Of a stretch of DNA of 64,000 nucleotides, positions 18,701 through 29,202 are shown one piece after another. Each line of letters opens with the position of its first letter. Position 1 is the first letter of the stretch. Made by a program: the position numbers and the translations under genes. The DNA comes from a bacterium (GTDB lineage: Bacteria > Bacteroidota > Ignavibacteria > UBA10030), in NCBI GenBank assembly GCA_043803945.1, contig JAZDJN010000091.1, forward strand, positions 1 through 64,000, given 5' to 3'. The notes beneath the pieces are model-generated. The model was given only the letters and a program-made list of their open reading frames with translations, did no database searches and had not been told where the DNA came from.

Positions 18701-21700
18701 TTACCGAATGAGCATCAACTTACGTGTCAGGCGGAATTCACCCGCTGTGAGCGAATAGAAGTATGTTCCGCTTGGGAGCGATGCCGCATTAAATTGAATC
18801 TGATACTCACCTGCCTTGAGCATTCTCTCCACAAGTGTTGCTACGTTCTTTCCAAGGAGACTGAACACTTCCAGCGTTACTTTGGAATCCGTTGGAATAG
18901 AATACCTGATCGTCGTCGACGGATTGAATGGGTTGGGGAAGTTTTGTTCAAGCACAAATCCAGCCGGTACCATCTTCTCATGGCCAATCTCACTTACAGA
19001 AATTGGTGTGATTGTCAGGAAAGCAGTTGCAGGCTGTGCCGCTCCATCGGACGATGAATGATACGCCGGGTTTGCTTTTACTGATCCCATAGAAAGATAG
19101 TTCACTTTATCGACAATCAGTGTATAGGATCCCGGCGTAAGGTCCTGAATTGTAAAGTTACCGCTCTGGTCCGTTATGCCGTACCCGGCAACATCTTCGG
19201 AATTCACCAACGCGTACACCATGACACCGGCAAGCGTACCTGCCTCACTGTTCCTGGCTGCTCCTCCACTTAGAGCAACAACACCTTGAATGGAGGTATA
19301 TCCTGCCATTGCTTTTACAAGCGGCTTCACGATAATCGTGATCGCTGCAACTGAATTTCCATTGATCGGGATTCTCGTTGCTTTCTCCCAGCTTGTGGTT
19401 GGACCCGAAATGCAATAGAATGTCGGTGTGTAATGCCCCAGCGGCAATGCGAAAATGATATAATTCCCCGGCGGCAGATTATTGAAATTATAGGCCCCGG
19501 TCGAATCGGTATCAGTCGTATAGGAGAGGGGAAGATTGGTGTATGTCTTCACAGCCGGATCAAGATAGGCCACTACTCTCGCCCTCAGCCCGGCTTTGGT
19601 TGCTGAATCCACAACTGTGCCGCTGATCTTGCCGGTTGAGACGGAGCTGATTTTCTTTAGCGTAAAGCTGATCTTCGTGGTATCTTTCGTTAACTTTATG
19701 ACATTGGCGGTGAGCAAATCCGATTTTCCATCGAAGAAGACATTCAAGTATCCGGGAGCCGTCGCCATTGCCGTATACGACCCTTGAGGCACCTTTACTG
19801 AGTATTTGCCGGTCGAATCCACACGAACTTTGTAAACATATTCCGAGGTCCCATCAATCCTTCCATCACCGTTAATCTGGATCGTGCTCACAAGCGGATC
19901 TGTTGGCTTTGGAATTTGTGAATTCATCGAATCGAAAAGATCACGGGTGCTGACTGTGCCCGATTCGCCAGGCATAAGTGAGACTCCGGCATTCAGACTG
20001 AATCCTGATGCGGTGAACACAACAGTAGCTTCCCGCATTGGTTTCTGGGTATCATCGAGAACGGATCCACTTACCGTATACAATGGAAGAACCACTTTTG
20101 CCTTCATAATGAAGTTCACTGTCGATGTTGCATTGGGACGCACGAGAATGAGTGTGGCTTTATCCGAACTCGCAGCTCCATCGTACCACTGTTCGAGATA
20201 GTCGCCGCGACTTGAGGTCGCCCGCGCGACATAGGTACCCGAATCGACACGAGTGATTGTATACGTACCGTCTGAGCCGGTTACACCTTTGATCTCCAGT
20301 ACCTGGAATGCATCCTTCTTATAGAGGCGCACATAGATTCCGGCAAGAGGTTTTCCAAGTGAATCCTTTACCACTCCTGCGACAGTTCCGGTCGGACCTT
20401 GAACTGCGACAGAGAATGATTGATCTGCCCGCCCGCCTTTTGTCGAGGTCACTAACAGTGCAGCTTTGAATATCCCTTTTTGATCCGGTACCCACTTGAT
20501 CAGTCCGGTGGCAGATTCAATCGTCATGCCATTCGGTTTGGCACTTAATTGATACGTTAGTGTTGCCGTTGGATCGGTTGAGGTGGCAATCACTTGATAG
20601 GTATAAGGAATATTGAGCGTTGCACTCTCTGCAGCTTTCGATGTTATCCTGACGATATCGCCTTTGGCGGTCAATTTAAAATTGACTGTCGTCGTAGTGT
20701 TCGTCTTCACAGGGAAATATGTTGCCTGCTCAACACTCATCACACCATCGTACCATTGTTCGAGATAATTCGAATTATAGGGTATTGCACGAGCAACGTA
20801 CGATCCGGTATCAACACGGATAATCGTATACTTGCCCAACGAATCAGTGATGCCCCTAATCTCAAAATATTGTATCGTATTTTTTTGATACAAACGGATA
20901 GTCACTTTGGTTAATGGTTTTCCCTCAGAATCTGTAACGATACCGGTAACGCTACCTGTTGGACCGCTAATGGTGACTCCAAACATCTGTTCAGCACGTC
21001 CTCCCCGTGATGAGGTAACGAGCAGTGAAGCTTTAAAGGTACCTTTCGACTGAGGAATCCAATTGATAAGTCCGGTAACTGCATCAATTGTCATGCCCTC
21101 TGGTTTCATGGTGAGCTGGTAACTCAATAAAACAGTTGGATCGGATGAGGTTGCTTTCACCTGGTAGGAGTAAAGTGTTCCAACGACTCCGCTTTCCAGA
21201 GGTTTTGAGGAAATGGCGATTACATCGTTTTTTACACTCAGTTTAAAATTCACGGTGACTGGCGCGTTTGGCTTCACTGTTATCGGAGTTGCTAACTCTG
21301 CATTGGTCACTCCATCGAACCATTGCTCATAAAGATCGCTGCGATTTGGAGTAGCACGGACAAGGTAGAGGCCCGAATCGACTTTACTGATGGTGTAATT
21401 ACCAAGCGAATCGGTGATACCTTTAAATTGGATTGAGAGTAAACTATTTTTGGGATAGAGATAAACAGTAGCTCCTTTCACAGATTTTCCTGCAGGATCT
21501 GTTACGCTCCCTGCAACTGTCCCCGTCGGGCCATTGACAACCACCGTAAACGGTTGTTCAGCGCGGCCCCCTCGCGTAGAGGTGACAACCACTACTACTT
21601 TGAAGGTACCTTTCTGCAGTGGGATCCATTTCAATAATCCAGTGGCCGGATCAATTGTCATACCTTCAGGTTTCATCGATAATTGATAGCTCAACGTTAC

Positions 21701-22150
21701 AGCGGGATCGGTTGTCGTCGCGACGACCTGATACGTGTATTGAACATTCAACGATGCCGACTCGGCCGGTTTCGAGGTGACACGAACCACATCGGTAACA
21801 TTGATGTTTACCATGTTGCTATAACGCATTGAACCATTTTTCATCACTGCTACCACATAATAGACGAAGATCGGTGGATTAACCGAGACTGGCGGGCGAT
21901 CGACCGATTCAATCGTTGTCGTAGAGTCAGTCCGGATAAATGCGAGTATCCCCGATGTTTGACCACGATACACCAGGAAGTATTTCACGGAATCTCCTGC
22001 TGGAGCGTTCCATTTGAGATACGTCGCTCCTCCTTCGTACTTCCCGCTTAAGGCAAAGTCAATCTTCGTGGATTGAGACCACAGTAACGTCGAGCAAAGA
22101 AGGATGCCGAGAATCAGCATTCCGAAAATAGAAAATATTTTTCGTTCCAT
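18701..22150 (-). CDS. Large secreted repeat protein (Ig-like + carboxypeptidase-regulatory-like domains) with C-terminal secretion domain
   Basis: Three ~190-aa units (YTYQV.AT...KPEGMTID..TGL..W.P + G.V.G.V.D..GK...EQWYDG); C-terminal QNFPNPFNPSTTI. Confidence 0.8.
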   Translation of the reverse strand: MERKIFSIFGMLILGILLCSTLLWSQSTKIDFALSGKYEGGATYLKWNAPAGDSVKYFLVYRGQTSGILAFIRTDSTTTIESVDRPPVSVNPPIFVYYVVAVMKNGSMRYSNMVNINVTDVVRVTSKPAESASLNVQYTYQVVATTTDPAVTLSYQLSMKPEGMTIDPATGLLKWIPLQKGTFKVVVVVTSTRGGRAEQPFTVVVNGPTGTVAGSVTDPAGKSVKGATVYLYPKNSLLSIQFKGITDSLGNYTISKVDSGLYLVRATPNRSDLYEQWFDGVTNAELATPITVKPNAPVTVNFKLSVKNDVIAISSKPLESGVVGTLYSYQVKATSSDPTVLLSYQLTMKPEGMTIDAVTGLINWIPQSKGTFKASLLVTSSRGGRAEQMFGVTISGPTGSVTGIVTDSEGKPLTKVTIRLYQKNTIQYFEIRGITDSLGKYTIIRVDTGSYVARAIPYNSNYLEQWYDGVMSVEQATYFPVKTNTTTTVNFKLTAKGDIVRITSKAAESATLNIPYTYQVIATSTDPTATLTYQLSAKPNGMTIESATGLIKWVPDQKGIFKAALLVTSTKGGRADQSFSVAVQGPTGTVAGVVKDSLGKPLAGIYVRLYKKDAFQVLEIKGVTGSDGTYTITRVDSGTYVARATSSRGDYLEQWYDGAASSDKATLILVRPNATSTVNFIMKAKVVLPLYTVSGSVLDDTQKPMREATVVFTASGFSLNAGVSLMPGESGTVSTRDLFDSMNSQIPKPTDPLVSTIQINGDGRIDGTSEYVYKVRVDSTGKYSVKVPQGSYTAMATAPGYLNVFFDGKSDLLTANVIKLTKDTTKISFTLKKISSVSTGKISGTVVDSATKAGLRARVVAYLDPAVKTYTNLPLSYTTDTDSTGAYNFNNLPPGNYIIFALPLGHYTPTFYCISGPTTSWEKATRIPINGNSVAAITIIVKPLVKAMAGYTSIQGVVALSGGAARNSEAGTLAGVMVYALVNSEDVAGYGITDQSGNFTIQDLTPGSYTLIVDKVNYLSMGSVKANPAYHSSSDGAAQPATAFLTITPISVSEIGHEKMVPAGFVLEQNFPNPFNPSTTIRYSIPTDSKVTLEVFSLLGKNVATLVERMLKAGEYQIQFNAASLPSGTYFYSLTAGEFRLTRKLMLIR

Positions 22151-22339
22151 ATAGCGTACCCCCATTTAAACTAATGTTATGAACTATATCAACAAAACAC
22201 TCTAGATCGAATGTGTTTACACCTCTTGATAGAATTATAGAAGTGAACACATACCAGAAATTATTCCCATGAAATTTACATCAATAGCAATTGATAGTCA
22301 ATAAGACGAACAGCGGCGTATCTGCAATCACCCACCTCT

Positions 22340-24679
22340 TTACCTTGAACTCTCCTTCTTGAGCCCCGACAAAGCTTTGCCTGGCAGTGGTTTAGCCATT
22401 TCAACCAGCAGGGCCAGCATCATCCGGGTACAATTCTGGACAAGCTGTGGATCGAGCTTGCCGGCTGTATCCGCAGGTTTGTGATAATAAGGATCGAGCC
22501 CACCCCAAATCTCCATCGCTGTTCCCTCGGAGATTTCCAGCGCCTGATAGCCCATCTGGAGAAATGATGCATGATCGCTTCCGCCGTAGCGTTCGAGGTG
22601 TGCATCAAGGGTAAAATTCAGATTGTACCGGCGATTCAGGATAAGCGCCGAATCCAGCAAGGGGCTCCATGGAGGGCTTGTACTTAGCGAGATACGAGCT
22701 GGATCGTTGAGGATTGGATAACCCAGCATATCGCCATTGACGACTGCATTAATGTTCATCCCCTGTTCTCTTGCATATTCTGCATAATAACGACTTCCAA
22801 CCAAACCAAGCTCTTCGGCTGCGACAGCCAGAAATTTAATTGTGTGGTTGAACCGGTACTTGCTGCAGATTCGAGCTGCCTCCATCACGGCAGCGACACC
22901 AGTTGCATTATCATTTGCACCCGGCACATCTTTCGCTGCTGAATCATAATGTCCAACAATGATTGAGACGATATCGGGATTTTCCGATCCGCGAAGCGTG
23001 GCACAAATGTTTTTTGATAGTGGACGGGTTGGGGAAAGAAGCTTCGAACCGAGAGATGACCATGATTGTCCGCGATTGTTGCTTATCAAAACAGATCCAT
23101 AGAAACCATATCCGGCAATGAGACTATCCTTGTATCGAATCCATCGCTGGATATATCGTAGTGGTGGAGAGACATCCTGCCAACTCTTTCCTCCATCTGA
23201 TGTTTCCGATACTCCGGAAGGATACCCTTTTCGAATCAGCAATCCTCTGACGCTATCGATAAAATAGACATCTGCCGGAATTCTTCCTTTCAATGTGATT
23301 TCAAATGTCTTCCAGGTCATTCCGCCATCGGTGGTTTTAAGAACTGTAGAATTATCTCCGGTGATCGTTCCATTATTCTGATCCCAAAAATGTATTGTAT
23401 ACAAATTCACTGCAACTCCAGAAGCCAGCTTCGACCATGTTACTCCTGTATCGGTTGACCGGAGAAGAATACCGGAAGCGCATGGAATCCACAGGATGTT
23501 ATTCCCGATATACTCCAATGTAGAGAGTTCCATATCGACACCAGAGTTTATCCGTTTCCACTCTTTGCCGCCATTCACAGTCAACTGTATTATTCCATTT
23601 CGTCCGATAACAATACACCGATCAGAGTTCAAACACTTCAGGTCAAGGGGCACGAGTGTTGGATCCATTTTTTGAGTCGTCCAGAGCTTTCCCTCATTTG
23701 TTGTTTTATAAATTTTACCGTCCATGCCTACACTAAACCCGATTTGAGTCGTGGCAAAAGATATTTTGCAGAGCGGTGGTGAATTCTTCCCTTCCAGACA
23801 TGTGAATGTCTCTCCGCCATTGCGAGAAGAGTACAAATCATTTCCATCCATCAATATCAGGAGGGTTTTCGAATCAATAATATTCATATCCAGGCAATCT
23901 GGTTTTCTTGTCTCAAACCTGAATGGTTCAACCTCGAGTCCGTACTGTTGAAATGTTTGCGTCAGATAAGCCGCAGCCGAGTCTTCTTGTGGAGAGTTTT
24001 CAACACGTGTGCCAAAGTTTTCAAGTGTTCTGATTGAGCGCATGAGTGAATCCTGAGAAACCATCCGGATCATTTCTTCGATCTGTGGGTTGGGAGTACC
24101 GGCTGGCATGGCATTTATTTTCTCGACGAACATTCGCTCTTTCGGTCCCTGGATTGGTATGATCGCAACCATCTTTCGGCTGAGTGTGATGGCATCACGC
24201 TTTGATACCTCCACACGATACATTCCCTCCTTGCCATTGAGAATTCTGAGTGTCGGAGCATACTTTTTCACATCGCTGATTGTTTTCCCGGGACTGAGTT
24301 TGAGCGTTGCAAGATAGATGTCGTCAAAATCGGCTAGGAAAAGAATTGCTGGAAGGAATATGTAGATAGTAAGAATTGGAATAACCACAGCAAGTGTAAC
24401 TTTACTCCAGTTGATTCTCAATACATCCGGATGAATCCGTTGTGATACTACCAGTCCTATAATTGTGAAACCGATCGCCGCTAAAACAAAAGAGAATTTA
24501 AATAATATGCTGGCATACATAAGCTTCTTCAAAATCAGATAGAAGACCGAACCCCACATGAGAAGGAGAAGAATGATGAGAAGCAGAGCGAGAACCTTGC
24601 TTGCCAATCCAGCAACTTTTACACTCTCTGAGGATGAATCAGTATGGTGATTATCTGAAGGGGAATTTGTGTGTTCCAT
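22340..24679 (-). CDS. Membrane-anchored M28 metallopeptidase with inserted BNR/YCF48-like repeats
   Basis: GHYDS, GANDNATG, AEELGL.GS, SDHASF and YH motifs; several T.DGG.TW Asp-boxes; N-terminal TM helices. Confidence 0.8.
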   Translation of the reverse strand: MEHTNSPSDNHHTDSSSESVKVAGLASKVLALLLIILLLLMWGSVFYLILKKLMYASILFKFSFVLAAIGFTIIGLVVSQRIHPDVLRINWSKVTLAVVIPILTIYIFLPAILFLADFDDIYLATLKLSPGKTISDVKKYAPTLRILNGKEGMYRVEVSKRDAITLSRKMVAIIPIQGPKERMFVEKINAMPAGTPNPQIEEMIRMVSQDSLMRSIRTLENFGTRVENSPQEDSAAAYLTQTFQQYGLEVEPFRFETRKPDCLDMNIIDSKTLLILMDGNDLYSSRNGGETFTCLEGKNSPPLCKISFATTQIGFSVGMDGKIYKTTNEGKLWTTQKMDPTLVPLDLKCLNSDRCIVIGRNGIIQLTVNGGKEWKRINSGVDMELSTLEYIGNNILWIPCASGILLRSTDTGVTWSKLASGVAVNLYTIHFWDQNNGTITGDNSTVLKTTDGGMTWKTFEITLKGRIPADVYFIDSVRGLLIRKGYPSGVSETSDGGKSWQDVSPPLRYIQRWIRYKDSLIAGYGFYGSVLISNNRGQSWSSLGSKLLSPTRPLSKNICATLRGSENPDIVSIIVGHYDSAAKDVPGANDNATGVAAVMEAARICSKYRFNHTIKFLAVAAEELGLVGSRYYAEYAREQGMNINAVVNGDMLGYPILNDPARISLSTSPPWSPLLDSALILNRRYNLNFTLDAHLERYGGSDHASFLQMGYQALEISEGTAMEIWGGLDPYYHKPADTAGKLDPQLVQNCTRMMLALLVEMAKPLPGKALSGLKKESSR

Positions 24680-24847
24680 TGGATCTCCTTAGGGGCTTAC
24701 CGGCAGATGGGGATTTAGTGTCAGGCATTTTGGACCATCCATCGACTGAACTCCTGCTTTGTCGGAGGATGAGAAGCACTTCTGAAAAACATTCGGTGAA
24801 AGAATTTGTGCAAAAGAGAGAGGAGATGCAAATGAGACAGAAAGTGA

Positions 24848-24984
24848 TTCCAAAGTGCATGAGTTTGGAATATTATCGTTCCCAAGTTCCCGCTTGGGAA
24901 CGTCTACTGTAAGCTCAGCTTATCACTCCAAGGTATCATTGCGACCATTGAGATGAAGCAGAGCTTCTCAAACCGTGTTCCCAA
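24848..24984. repeat. REP-like palindrome cluster
   Basis: ttccaaa...tttggaa, cgttcccaag-ttcccg-cttgggaacg, gaagcagagcttc and a partial gttcccaaa copy. Confidence 0.55.
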
Positions 24985-25099
24985 ATAAGAAAAGCATAGC
25001 GCTTCGAACATCTCCTCCTTCACTTGCAGTATGGCTAAAAAAAACACCCGAGAAACTTTCGGGTGTTTTCACCGTCCACATTGTCATGCGAATGATCTT

Positions 25100-26422
25100 C
25101 TACTTTATTTCTGTAACTTTCATTATCGTCTCCAGACGAGTTTTGAACATTGCCTTCTGCGCTTCGGGAGCCAACTCGATAGCTTTTTCTCCGGCTTTCT
25201 TTGCTTCATCCAATTGCTTGTTTTTCACATAGATATTTGCAAGGGTCATATAGGCAGATGCAGAGGGATTCATTGTTACCACTTTCTTTGCGGCATCGAG
25301 AGCCCCCTCTAAATTCTTCCCTTGATTAGCCCAGAAATTGGCATAGGTAGAAAGAGCGTATTGATACATCGAAGTCTCGCGACTAATGAAATCCTTTCCA
25401 TAAACCTCTTCAGCCTTTGCTTGATCGGCTTTAAGCATGTACAATTCTGCAAGCATACTCACATACTGTGAATTGCTGCCATTTTTAGGAAGGTCGACTG
25501 CTTTTTGTGCAAGCTCGATTCCCTTGTCGAGGTTCTCTTTGCTCCGAATAATTCTCCGTACAACGGCACTCAGAACCATCGGATCGTCGGGATACTTTGC
25601 CAGGTAGTCCTCAAAGAACTTTTTTGCTTCAACACTATGTTTTGCGGAGTCTTCTGGCGTTGCATTCCTGGGTGTGGACATATAATAGGAGGAGAGTCGC
25701 TGGTAACCTGATTTTGCCATCTCCGTCGAGCCATACTTCTTGAGAAATGCTTTCATCGGCTCAGCATTGATTTTTGCACCTCTCAGTGTTTGGCCGGCGA
25801 CCTGGAATTCTGCAAACTGGGTGTAGGATACTTTCTCCTTGCCGTACTCCGTCGTACCCAACTTTCCATTTGGATCGAGAGCAATCAACTCTGCGTACAA
25901 CGCGGCAGCTTTGTCTTGATTGTACCGGCTGTCGTATTTTTTGGCAAGGTTAAAGATGACGGGAATATTTTTTGGATCTTTTTTGTACTGATCGGAATAG
26001 GACTTGAAGGTTTCTTTGCCTTTTACGGCATTGTCTACTTGCTCGTGGTATTTCTCAACTGCACCGCCGAATCCGACAATCCAATCGACTTCAGCTCCAT
26101 CATTGGCAAGAAACATTACTGTGGGAGTGGCACGGATGCTATACTTTGTAAAGATTGCTTTACCATCATCCTTGCTGTTATCAGCACGGAACATGATAAA
26201 GTTTGCATTGAAATAATCAGCGTACTTTTTATTCTCATAATATTGCTCACCGAGCAATTTGCAGAATCCTCACGTAGGAGAATAAAAATCTATTAATACC
26301 AACTTCTTCTCACTCTTTGCCTTCGCAAGCGCTTCGTCCAGGTTACCTGTAAACCAGACCTGGGAAAAAGCTGTGCCGACGAAAATGAGCAAGAGTAGTC
26401 CCAAAATAATTGCCCTTTTCAT
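25100..26422 (-). CDS. Probable selenoprotein: signal peptide + thioredoxin-like (UxxC) + TPR repeats, 440 aa with UGA read-through
   Basis: ATG at 26422 gives MKRAIILGLLLLIFVGTAFSQVWFTGNLDEALAKAKSEKKLVLIDFYSPT-TGA-GFCKLLGEQ..., in frame with ORF 25100..26257. The TGA at 26270-26272 occupies the first Cys position of the Trx motif; cis-Pro motif ATPT downstream. Confidence 0.8.
26242..26272 (-). promoter_or_regulatory. Putative bacterial SECIS element
   Basis: TGA + 11 nt (GGATTCTGCAA) + perfect 7-bp stem ATTGCTC-GGT-GAGCAAT with a G-rich apical loop. Confidence 0.65.
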
Positions 26423-26724
26423 CTCGATAAATCCTTCTAAATGTTAATGGTTGATAGTGAATTATCCATACGTTCTCCCTGGCAAAAGGTAATCGAATTT
26501 AACCTATGAATCAATTACTGTGTTTCAAAATTGATATCACATTAGGAAGACCGACGATATTGAATGAAAGATTAAATGGCTCGACATTGCTGCCGGACCC
26601 GCTTATGGATTGAGAGAAATCTGAACCTGCATGATTCCCGCTATCTTCGTCTGCACGAACGCCCCTGCTTGCGGGATCACTCTGGAAAAGCTTGGTTTTT
26701 ATTTTTCATTCTGCCGGAACTGTG

Positions 26725-28074
26725 TCAGTTGCCTTGTTTCTTTTTCTCCCGGTTGGCATGCCTGCCTGTGCCGTCTCCTTCGTCCAGAATTCCACCGGTG
26801 GGATTCAATTGATCGAGTGCCGCCTGCAACCGCTTGCGCACGGCGATTGCCGCGGGGGCTTTCGTATCGGCTGCTAAGAGTTTCTCTTCGAACGGAGCGT
26901 TACTCATGTCGAACAGTTCGCCCGCTTGATTCAATTTCCATCCGGCATCCCGGACATACCACTGCCGGGCGAGTTGAATGAAGATCAATTCGCGCGACTG
27001 CCCTTTATTACCATAAACTTGCGCGGCGAAACTGCGTCCGTCAATGGTGGTGTTTTGGGGAAGTTTCGCTCCTGCCAGATCAGCAAACGTCGGGAGGAAA
27101 TCGCTGGAATCGATCATCTCATGGGAAACTTTACCAGCGGGTGTCGTACCGGGCCAGTTGACGATCAGCGGCTCACGGCTGCCTCCTTCGAGCATCGAAC
27201 CCTTTTGACCGGAGAGGCGTCGACCGCCGATTGTCGCCCGGTCTGCATGTCCACCTGCAGTGCCGTTGTCGCTGAAGAAAACGATCAGGGTTTTCTCGCG
27301 AAGCTTCAGGCGATCGAGTTCAGCAATCAACTTACCGACAAGCATGTCCATGTAGGTAACGTTGTCCGCGTAAAAGTCTTTGCTGTTCGGCGCGCTATCG
27401 GGTGTGGGCAGGATTTCTGCATGCACATGCGACATTGAGTAATAGAGATAGAACGGTTTTTCTTGGTGCATTGTGATGAAGTCAATAACATGCTGATGCA
27501 TCACATCGGGCATGTATTCTTTATCGTGAAGGACTTTTTCCTCGCCGTTGACGAGATAGGTTCGGCCTTTGGCCTGCGTGTTCCAGTAGATACCGCTTCC
27601 GGTAAACTTCAGGTAGTAGTCGAAACCAAAGTCGTCCGGATTCAGTGGAAGCTGGCCCCATTTACCGATCGCAGCAGTGACGTAGCCCGCCGGCTTCAGG
27701 ACATTGGGAATCATGGTTTCGACTGAGGGTTTCATGAGCCCAGTGCTATCCTGGTTCGTGGCACCGGTGCGAAACAAGTAGCGCCCCGTCAGGATGGTTG
27801 CACGGGATGGTCCGCACAACGATGGCGTATAAGCATGGGTGAAGCGAACACCACCGCGTGCAAGCTGGTCAATGTTTGGCGTCTTGTAATTGTCCGCACC
27901 GTAGCAACTCACCTCGCCGATACCGTAGTCATCTGCAAGAATGAAGATGATGTTGGGCTTCTTGTCTTGGAGCAGCATGCCAGGAAGGAGATCATTGCCA
28001 AACACATAGTCATGCGCTGCTGCGCTCCCGGCAGCAATTACGCCGGCAGCTTTGATAAAGTTACGTCGTTGCAT
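26725..28074 (-). CDS. Tat-exported arylsulfatase (S1 family)
   Basis: RRNFIK Tat motif; KPNIIFILADD, CGPSR..ILTG, GKW and SDNG motifs. Confidence 0.9.
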   Translation of the reverse strand: MQRRNFIKAAGVIAAGSAAAHDYVFGNDLLPGMLLQDKKPNIIFILADDYGIGEVSCYGADNYKTPNIDQLARGGVRFTHAYTPSLCGPSRATILTGRYLFRTGATNQDSTGLMKPSVETMIPNVLKPAGYVTAAIGKWGQLPLNPDDFGFDYYLKFTGSGIYWNTQAKGRTYLVNGEEKVLHDKEYMPDVMHQHVIDFITMHQEKPFYLYYSMSHVHAEILPTPDSAPNSKDFYADNVTYMDMLVGKLIAELDRLKLREKTLIVFFSDNGTAGGHADRATIGGRRLSGQKGSMLEGGSREPLIVNWPGTTPAGKVSHEMIDSSDFLPTFADLAGAKLPQNTTIDGRSFAAQVYGNKGQSRELIFIQLARQWYVRDAGWKLNQAGELFDMSNAPFEEKLLAADTKAPAAIAVRKRLQAALDQLNPTGGILDEGDGTGRHANREKKKQGN

Positions 28075-28321
28075 CGTACAGCCTCCATCATTTGATGAGT
28101 TCAGAATAATCTATGAGTCGTTTCTCCGAAAGCCGATTGCATACTCCGAAAAGAAGAAATGAAATCGAACTACAACAAGTAACTGCCTGACACAGTTTTA
28201 CAGATTTGACGCTTCGTGAGAATGTAGAGATGTTTACCAGAATAGCCAACGGCAGCAGTAGATGGTTGAAGAGAAATCTATCGTATATACTCTCGTAGAG
28301 GGCAATAGGTGAATATATTCA

Positions 28322-29006
28322 TTATATCCTGAAGCGAATTCCAAACATTGAGGTGATGACAAACGGTGCTCCAGGGATCACAGACCATTGAAACTCCATT
28401 GTATCGTTCAACCTGCGGAGATATTCAAACTCAACTGCATACCAGATGAATCGATATTGCCATCCTTGGTAAACTCGGTCGCCGTAAAACTCATCATCTT
28501 GATATTCTTTAAATCGATGCCAATCCCCGCGATAGAACAATCCTGGCCCAATGCCTCCGTTGATCGCATTATTTCCCCAGGAGAACTGGAATCGCGTTCC
28601 AAGATGGACACAACCTGATGTAACGAATGCACAATCTTGATAAAGAGCAGTTGTAAATCGGAAGAAGAGATTCTCACTCAGCGCATAATCGACATTGCAT
28701 ACACCGCCGAGGTCTAAGACAAGGTATGCTTTCTTATCGAGCTTTAAGGGATATACTTCAGGCGTATTCCCTCCATCCGGATGATAGGTCAATCCAATAT
28801 ACTGAAAGGAGAGATGCCATGAAGGGGTAGGGTTTGATAGTTGAATCAGGAGTTTGAGCGAATAGCAATCTCGGCCAGAACACTAGAACAAGTAGGGCAA
28901 CCGGCTTGAATATTCTGGAGACACTCGTCTTCAAGAAATTGAGAGGTGTTCCACTCAAGCCACATCCATTGCTGCTTTGAGAGGGATCACCATACATATT
29001 CTTCAT
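28322..29006 (-). pseudogene. Frameshifted gene for an exported (outer-membrane-like) protein
   Basis: The signal-peptide ORF 28758..29006 and ORF 28322..28792 join into TIKPTPSWHLSFQYIGLTYHPDGG if one C is removed in aaaccctacccc (~28830). C-terminus FGIRFRI. Confidence 0.55.
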
Positions 29007-29202
29007 CAGTTATTGAGAAAGTATGTATTTAGATGAGGTGAGCTTCGATGCGGGAATTTCAAAAAAAGATATTTGAGATGCAAGAAAGAAATACTCTTCG
29101 TTGGGAGATGTATTAGCTACCAAGGGGAAAAGGATATTTCACTTTTATTTATAGGGAAAAAAATGTCCAGAGTTGTTCGCTCTCGGCTCTCATTACTTTT
29201 CT

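Noticed and set aside
25100-26257. Stand-alone 385-aa TPR protein as given in the ORF track
   Set aside because: It starts mid-thioredoxin domain, just after the active site. UGA read-through from 26422 explains the sequence better.
26270-26272. Genome-wide UGA reassignment (Trp/Gly)
   Set aside because: TGA is used as a normal stop by other genes here (for example the kdgF, PL17, MFS and actB ends).
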